Positions 53,128 through 60,000 of a DNA stretch of 60,000 bases are shown piece after piece. Every line of letters begins with the position of its first letter. Positions within the stretch are counted from its first letter, which is position 1. The notes under the pieces are model-generated. The model had not been told where the DNA came from and did no database searches. It saw only the letters and a list, made by a program, of their open reading frames with translations. The translations under genes and the position numbers were made by a program. The DNA comes from Laetmonice hystrix. Its lineage: Eukaryota. The DNA lies in NCBI GenBank assembly GCA_965235115.1, contig OZ249436.1, positions 50,594,001 through 50,654,000 of the forward strand. Direction: 5' to 3'.

Positions 53128-54399
53128 CGGTCAGTGGCCCAGAGTGTTAATATCCTGTTTGGTCCCCTAACCGTACACATCGTACTACCCCGTCCCCTAC
53201 CCTTCAATGTAGCCTTCAAATTGTCTATGACCTTCAGAGGTCATGTGGCGGCCCTGTCGCCAGTCACGAATGGCGGTAATTACATTATTCGCATTAAAAA
53301 CAGCATTTTTTTTTAGTCGCGTACCGTTCGAATGCATGGCATCAGCGATATTTATTTCAAATCGACCACTCGGCAATATTGGTTAGCTCGATGCTCACAA
53401 AGCATGGCAATCTCAAAGTTGTCCTGTTCTAAAAAAAAACCGGATCTAAATGATTAATTGTGAGGTTTCTTTCAATTCACTTAGTCCTGCGGAAATACGC
53501 AGAAATCTTGGTCTTCATGAAGTAAAAACAGAAAACATCGAGAATAAGGATTAGTTTTGTATTTTTGCTATAGCATGGTCTCATTTTTAGCAGACTGGGT
53601 ATACAAGATTATAACACACACTTTGGTATTTCGGGTCAATATGACGTTACTCAAAAGATATACATAAGAGCAATGGGTCAAATAAGGTCCAGGGTATCTC
53701 TCAAAGAAGTCAAGCCAGTGACCGAGTTCATCAAATTCTGGAGATTATTCTCTCCTGTGTCATAATAATCTGGCAATGTCTCTTCCCACTTCCAGATACA
53801 AACTACAGCAGTCAGTAGTCGGAGCTTCCATGTTGGTAATGTTAAAATGACATCGCGATTCGATCCTGCTTGCCTCCACAGTTATTGTCGACGTCATGGC
53901 AGCAGTAAGCATCTGACGTTGTTATTGCTCTAACAAGCACAGGAAACACTAAAGTTCGTCACAACGTGTGATGACCATCACAAGCGGCCAATGGCATCAC
54001 AAAACATCGTTCACTGGATCATAATGAGCTCAACCTTTGTGTAGATGTCGCTCCTGGCAAGCATAAAGGCTCGGCTGTAGAAATCTTTCACTCATACCAT
54101 TTCATTCCCAAGGATAATATAAACTACCAAATACGACTACGTGCAGTAGTGCATTGCGCATAAAGCAAAGATCTTATACAAATTCATTTTTCTACATAAT
54201 CTTTCAATATTCCTAGACACCACGCGGGATTCAAAAACTATCTAAGACACACTTCATGGGTTTGAGAGGGAGCATTCTAAGTCTGTCACACTGAGCTGGC
54301 TTGTAACTTGGCAATATTTTTAAGTAGGCCTATACGTGTGACTCTTTACATTGGACGGAGGAGGCATCGATGCAGACACTTTTCAAAATGAATGTCTTC

Positions 54400-54780
54400 T
54401 CAAATACATCCGGAAATGGCTGCATCATTGGCGGCGCCTCTATGTTATCAAATACTCCACGACTGTTGTTAAAATGGCCTCACGTATATAGATAGTAAAG
54501 AGGCGTGACACGTTGTATTCACGCGTTGGCCCTAAAAACTCAACTGACCAATCGCGGCACGTCTACCACAAGTATACCGAGCAAAGGAAGAGTCGCCACC
54601 GTCCATTGGGCGAGACTGACGTGGGAGGCGGTGCTGCTTTGGTCCGTGTAAGACAAGATGTCCCCACCTGATAACAGAAAGGAGACGCCGGAAATGTACT
54701 CACTCCGGGAGCGAGGCTCGGGTCAAGCAACGACAAAATGTCGGCTGCGCACAGCGGAAGCTTCGCTGGGGGTAATTGGG
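54400..54780. promoter_or_regulatory. Promoter-like CpG-rich segment inside the 12-kb intron
   Basis: Clustered CCAAT/ATTGG (x3), GGAGGCGG GC-box, TGACGTGG, CCGGAAAT/CGGAAG ETS-type and AAAATGGC YY1-type motifs. Confidence 0.45.
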
Positions 54781-56243
54781 TTATTCAGTCTCTACCAGCC
54801 AGCAAGAGAAGCGTTGTATAGGCCATATATTCGACGTATTTATTAATTTAATACTCAAGACAAAGGAAATGTATAGATAGCTAGGCTATTCCTGATGAGG
54901 AACTGAGGTCACTGTATAGGCAAAAGCGTTCGATTTACATTCACTAATATTAGTACATGGACCCTGCTCTGCAGACTTGGTTGAGGAAACCAGTCCAAGG
55001 ACAGCTGGTAAGGGATGGAGGAGGTCCTCCAGGGGACTGTTAACGTACTGTCGGTCTTACTGATTACCAGGCAAGATATCGTGTTAATAAGCAAAGGCAG
55101 TCACTGCATGATGACTTGGTTCTCTCAATCCCGCAACAATTGGGACTTGTTGGAGTAGGAGATAAATCCTCTCGAAGATCATTATCGAATGCCAAGATTA
55201 CACATTTGAGATCGAATGTGAGTATTAGAGAGACCGACAAGAGAGCCTCCAAATCTGCTGTAAGAATACCCCAGCCGTGGAGGACGTGTCTCCAGACTAC
55301 GACATGACTCCGGTGAAGGAACACAAAAGCCCCCTTCATCAAAAATACGTGATGACGGTACACTGTTTGGAGGTTTTAACCCTAAAACTGAACCCGAACC
55401 GTCCTCGTCAATGCTGTTACAGTGTTGAAATGTCAAAGTTCGGGTAATAGTGTAAGCATTCAAGATCTCAACTCTTCACAAAAGCCCTTCCCTGTTTGTT
55501 CTATATTGACTCTCAATTTCTCATAATAGTGTTTTGACTGCGAAAACTGGAGAGGTACTGTTCCAGGCACTGTAAGGTACGCTCCAATTACCTATAGATG
55601 GTCCAAAGATAACTTATCTTTACACAAGACGTATTTTAAATATCATAATTTGTTATAAGCCATTAGCTTTGAAAGGAAAATTAAGTGAGAAAGTATAGAA
55701 TTCCTATTGCATAAAAGCCGCTCAAGACGTACAATTATTTGGCACTTTATCGCTACATCTACCATGCCTGCCATATCATTTTACAAGTATACTTTTGGTG
55801 TTGAAAGTAATTAGATAAACACATATTATGAGATCAATGACATATAGGTGGACATGTCAATGTTTGGGCCAGATACTTGATCGCGCACGGCTTTGATCAT
55901 AATGTAATAATGTTCAGCTACAGCTGTGTATGAAAGGAACGTAGAATGGATAGCTGACGCTTGTGAACGACATCTCCATCTCATGTTTTCATAGGAAAGT
56001 ATATTCATATCGGGAATTTTTATAAATATGTTAAGTTTCACTTCAATTCGTTCAAAGCCAAGCGGTAGAATCGACACGTATCAAGCGATCCCTAAAATTG
56101 ACCAATATCGCGCAACTATTTTCAGCAATTTAAAATGACAAAAATATAAAACAAATCCGGGATGTATAGGTCACAAACGGACAAAAGTGAAATGTCACCA
56201 GACTAAACAATAAAAGCGCGGAGTAATGATGATAAACACTTAC

Positions 56244-56438
56244 GTAGACATCTTGGCGTCGCCCGGTTCCATATGTAACGTCCATGACCGGTCTTGAGAT
56301 CACACACCAGGGGGCGCTTGTCGGTAAGTTTGAATCCATGGTCACACATGAAGGTGGCTGTGTCCCCATATACTGGCTCATCAGGCATCACGGCGATCGA
56401 ACCGTTCTTAGGGGCAGTCAGTTGTGGGCACGGGGACG
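56244..56438 (-). CDS. Ig/CCP gene exon: Sushi/CCP/SCR domain 1
   Basis: ccacag acceptor, 195 nt, SPCPQLTAPKNGSIAVMPDEPVYGDTATFMCDHGFKLTDKRPLVCDLKTGHGRYIWNRATPRCL, C|gtaagt donor. Four Cys plus NG, GF and W of the CCP pattern. Confidence 0.92.
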
Positions 56439-56768
56439 CTGTGGACCAAATCAAAGGGGCATTGTATCCTTGATCGGTGGATTATGGGACAGGCATAACT
56501 CATGGGCCTGACACAATAATTATGTCAGGGTAGATCGATTATTAATGAGCATTAAGTATGTAATGTTATTATTTAAGAAAAAATGTTATCAAAGATCCTT
56601 TATAGAATAACAAGACGGTAATTTCTTAACAGACAGGTAAAAGGTGCAGCATTAAAACATGCGTACATCTGCGCTTATATAACAATCGCATGAAAGCATC
56701 TTTCACAGGAAAATCTACATCAGGAAAACAGGTCCGTTAAAAGTACAAAAATGATAGGTAAGACTGAC

Positions 56769-56855
56769 TTGTGAGGTTGAATATGACGTTTCCTACAACT
56801 TCAGCAGTGTCGACATTGATGAACGTACAACGGTAGACCCCGACATCCTGCCGAT
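56769..56855 (-). CDS. Ig/CCP gene exon: C-part of Ig domain (cassette 1)
   Basis: gattcag acceptor, 87 nt, (D)RQDVGVYRCTFINVDTAEVVGNVIFNLT, A|gtcagt donor. DxGxYxC motif. Confidence 0.88.
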
Positions 56856-57231
56856 CTGAATCAGACCAGATTCAAACGTCTCCCACGGGCACAATGGTCA
56901 CAAGTAACAAGACATTCCTAAACAGTCTGGGTAAATATCTCACCTGTTTAAACCTCCTTCTCTCTCGGTGAATTGCATGTTATCGAAGTTTTTAATATGG
57001 TGTTTGAGTGTAATTGTTAGTCACAAAGAAATAACAATACATTTGTATTATGAAAAAAGGGTCTGAATTGAATATTAATCACTCTCTCATGTGTAAACTC
57101 GCTTGTAGTTGAAACAACCAGAACATATTATTCTAAGTTTCTGCACATATAAATATGTTTGAGGGAAAGGCTAAATAAAGTAAACTGCACGGGAATATCA
57201 TATCTGTGCTATAAGATGGAACTTTACCTAC

Positions 57232-57441
57232 CAGTAAACTGTATTTTGAGCTCGGTGGGCGTGGCCTGTTTGATGACGTATTTGGCGTCTGACGTCAACT
57301 TCCTGTCATCTTTGTACCATTCCGTCACGTGTTTTCCGGGAGCCTCCAGGCTACATTGAAGGGTCATGTGAGAGCCAACCCTGAGAACGGTCAGCCGGGT
57401 TTCTGTGGGAGCCGCCACTTCGACTGGGGCTTCAGTTTCTG
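57232..57441 (-). CDS. Ig/CCP gene exon: N-part of Ig domain (cassette 1)
   Basis: ttctccag acceptor, 210 nt phase 1-1, ETEAPVEVAAPTETRLTVLRVGSHMTLQCSLEAPGKHVTEWYKDDRKLTSDAKYVIKQATPTELKIQFT, G|gtaggt donor. Confidence 0.9.
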
Positions 57442-59173
57442 CTGGAGAATACAGCCCTAGGTAATAACAACGGTCTGGTTGCAGACGACATTTTGATGGT
57501 CCTAACATACACACAGGACGTTACCACCAACTAAACAACACCAGAAATGCTGACAAGCAGGAAATGTAGCATGCCTTTAGAGTACAATTAAAATTCCATT
57601 TTGGACACACTAATGGTTAGGTGATAATGGGCAAAAAGGAACTTTAAGTGGGTCTTCTAAGTTTAGATTAAAATATCGTGTACGCCCAAGGCAGGGCTCC
57701 AGGGGACAATGTACGCATTGTCTTCAAGACTGATTTTACATTAAAGGTTATTGCTCAACGTATAGCTGTAGGGTGGAGAGTTGGAACTAGTAAAAAGTGA
57801 TAAAAATTGCCAAGTCTATGGGTTCAGCATCTCGGGTTTTGTCAGGCCACTCTGTTTCCTGTGTATGTAAGAAAAAGGCAGAAACCCCCTGCTCCGTTCG
57901 AAAATGGTCGATTATGATCATAGGAAGAATTTTCGGTCACCGACTTAATCTCGTCCAATAAAGTAGCCTTTCTGGTCCCGTATCAACACCATAGCGTCTA
58001 TCATCAACACACCATGACACCGATACGGGTAACTCTCTGCCGCCACAAGACACCTCCCGGAGCGATCAGATACTCGCGCCCGTTGAACTTCACCGTCGGC
58101 AATGTGGTCTTTGCAAACCGACCCGTTCTAAACGAAAGTAGCGTGCGGAGAGGTACGCATCTTTTGCTTTTTTTGGTGGGTGGAGGCGTTGGTTGGACGG
58201 TCTTCCGGTTTATAACTACCATCGCGGACCAAGGAGATAAACCTGAGAGTCAGCATGCTAGTCGGAAATCGCCGATTGGAATCGTACAGGCCGATCATTA
58301 TTGCAATAGCTGAAAGACATCTGCCCCTTCACCCGAGCTGAAATAGTTGGTAGGTTAGGAGTCCGACACTGAGTCAATGTCAAGTGACCGGCTACTGAGA
58401 CCGCTGGCGCCATGTAAATGGTGGTTTGAGCACCTGTGCGCATGCGTGATAGATCACGGGTCGTGTTCAGGTCGTTTACGGCACCCGCCCTGTATCAAAA
58501 AACAGGTGTGCAGCCCACGAACTTCTTTGATCATCCTTAACGACGTAAACTCGTATGCTGCCATCGACGTTTGCTACTTGGACACCGTCATAATTCACGA
58601 GGGCCCGCATAGAACATTCATTTAGCATACGCTGCACGCCTGCATTCTATTCTTTGTAATGCGTCCTGACATTTATACCCAGGAAGCCGAGATCGCTAAC
58701 TTTTTGACCAAGTAGCAGCATAATGTGCCTACGCATGTTTACTCATGTGTGCCACTTACATAAGAAAACTGTTTTTTTATTCGCCCTCCATGGTCGGCCT
58801 ATACACATTTGGCCGACTATTCTGGAGGGCGTAGAAAGACTAACGTCTACTAGCATGCAGTAAAAAATCGCTTACTATTGCACTAAAATCACTCATAGCG
58901 TAAAAAGGTTTAAAGGTCCAAATACTATAATACTACAGTATAAGGATGGACCGTCTGATATGCCTATTATATAAACTACAATTATTTTAGGCTGGCATAC
59001 ATGCAGACATACTAATTATAAATAAGATCCAAGCATGTCCAGAAATTTAAGCCTACATGACCATTTGTGCAGAGTAAACATGAAAATCAGAACTACGCTC
59101 ACTCCGGTGTAATTTAAGGACCCCTAGATATTTTAAAGCGACCCCCTTCCCCACCGCTGTGACTCGAACTGAC

Positions 59174-59333
59174 CTTGGTGTCCGATGCGCACCGAGATTT
59201 CGTCCTTGTCGTCCATATTGAGACCGTTCTGGCATGAGTACAAGCCGGTGTCGTCATACGTGGCAACATCAACCGTCAGCAAGCTGATCTTGTCAGGACC
59301 TGGTGTCCCAGTGTCGTCGTTCATCAGGGACAC
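59174..59333 (-). CDS. Ig/CCP gene exon: C-half of Ig domain
   Basis: cctgtag acceptor, 160 nt, VSLMNDDTGTPGPDKISLLTVDVATYDDTGLYSCQNGLNMDDKDEISVRIGHQ, G|gtcagt donor. DxGxYxC motif. Confidence 0.9.
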
Positions 59334-59543
59334 CTACAGGTAAACACACCAGTCAGCTACGTCTACACACAGTCAGCAATGGATGGAAAGGTGACAAATT
59401 TACTATAATATTCCTTCAGACATTACTGGGGATCTTAGGGCATTAAGAGAAAGAAGGGACATGTGTAGCTGCTTGACGACTGCCATTTCATGTCTGTCAT
59501 GATCCATAGATCTATCAAATAAAAGCTGAGGTTAACTACGTAC

Positions 59544-59692
59544 GACGGCCTGGGTGTTCAGCAGTGAGATTAATGTGCCGTTGATGAACCAGGTCAGGTC
59601 AGCCCTCTTATCACCACGACATTGGAGGGTGAAGGCTGCCCCTGGAGGTACGACCATGGAGCTACCCGACGGCTTGACCAGCGTCACGGGAA
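59544..59692 (-). CDS. Ig/CCP gene exon: N-half of Ig domain
   Basis: gtgtgtag acceptor, 149 nt, (V)PVTLVKPSGSSMVVPPGAAFTLQCRGDKRADLTWFINGTLISLLNTQAV, gtacgt donor. Ig B-strand Cys and C-strand Trp present. Confidence 0.88.
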
Positions 59693-59950
59693 CTACACAC
59701 GAGAGGAACGGTTAGAAGTACGTCACAAGGAATGAGGAGAGAAAATGGACCGGTAGCATTATGACACACAACCGTTACTCCTCTATTTGCCGTAAAAGTA
59801 TAAGATACAGGGTCTGTCGATTAAAACGACAATTAAACTCCCTACATCGCAATAAAGGTCAACACAGAATATAAATCTTACAATATAATAAACATAATAA
59901 TTATGACAAAGAACGAAACCAGCAGAGTTGATACTCTCCACGAAACTTAC

Positions 59951-60000
59951 CGCTGTCCTTTGGTGTCTCCGATACAGAGACTCTGACTTCATCGGCACTG
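59951..60000 (-). CDS. Ig/CCP cell-surface gene, first visible exon (truncated by window edge); end of an Ig domain
   Basis: Reverse strand reads SADEVRVSVSETPKDS then G|gtaagt donor (phase 1). DEVRVSV parallels DEISVRI at the end of the next Ig domain. Confidence 0.75.

Noticed and set aside
58128..58309. Candidate extra exon after the tctttcag acceptor at ~58310
   Set aside because: The phase-1 frame hits TAG near 58128 with no good donor and no Ig or CCP motif; the flanking exons already join in frame.

Overview
Eukaryotic (metazoan, probably marine invertebrate) genomic DNA with GT-AG introns and no prokaryotic features. About 31 kb (4110-34981) is a nested higher-order tandem array. It contains roughly 22 copies of an ~857-bp monomer ('A'), itself built from 18-bp and 126-bp sub-repeats. 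The array is punctuated by six copies of a ~2.2-kb non-autonomous DNA transposon ('B') with TGT...ACA ends, long TIRs and a 5-bp GATGC target duplication; B inserted once and was then co-amplified with the monomers. Two more B copies in opposite orientation lie at ~1.5-2.9 kb and ~44.6-46.4 kb. The right third holds the 3' ten exons of a minus-strand gene for a probable GPI-anchored protein (...Ig-Ig-Ig-CCP-Ig-CCP-GPI signal) whose 5' end is beyond the window. Also present: a 496-bp MITE with its empty site 170 bp away, 66-bp and 41-bp minisatellites, a near-perfect 577-bp inverted repeat, CTCF-like motifs, decayed LINE fragments, an intronic promoter-like segment, and paralog evidence that the over-represented TAGGCCTA motif arises by insertion at TA. 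All calls were read by eye; no database searches were run.
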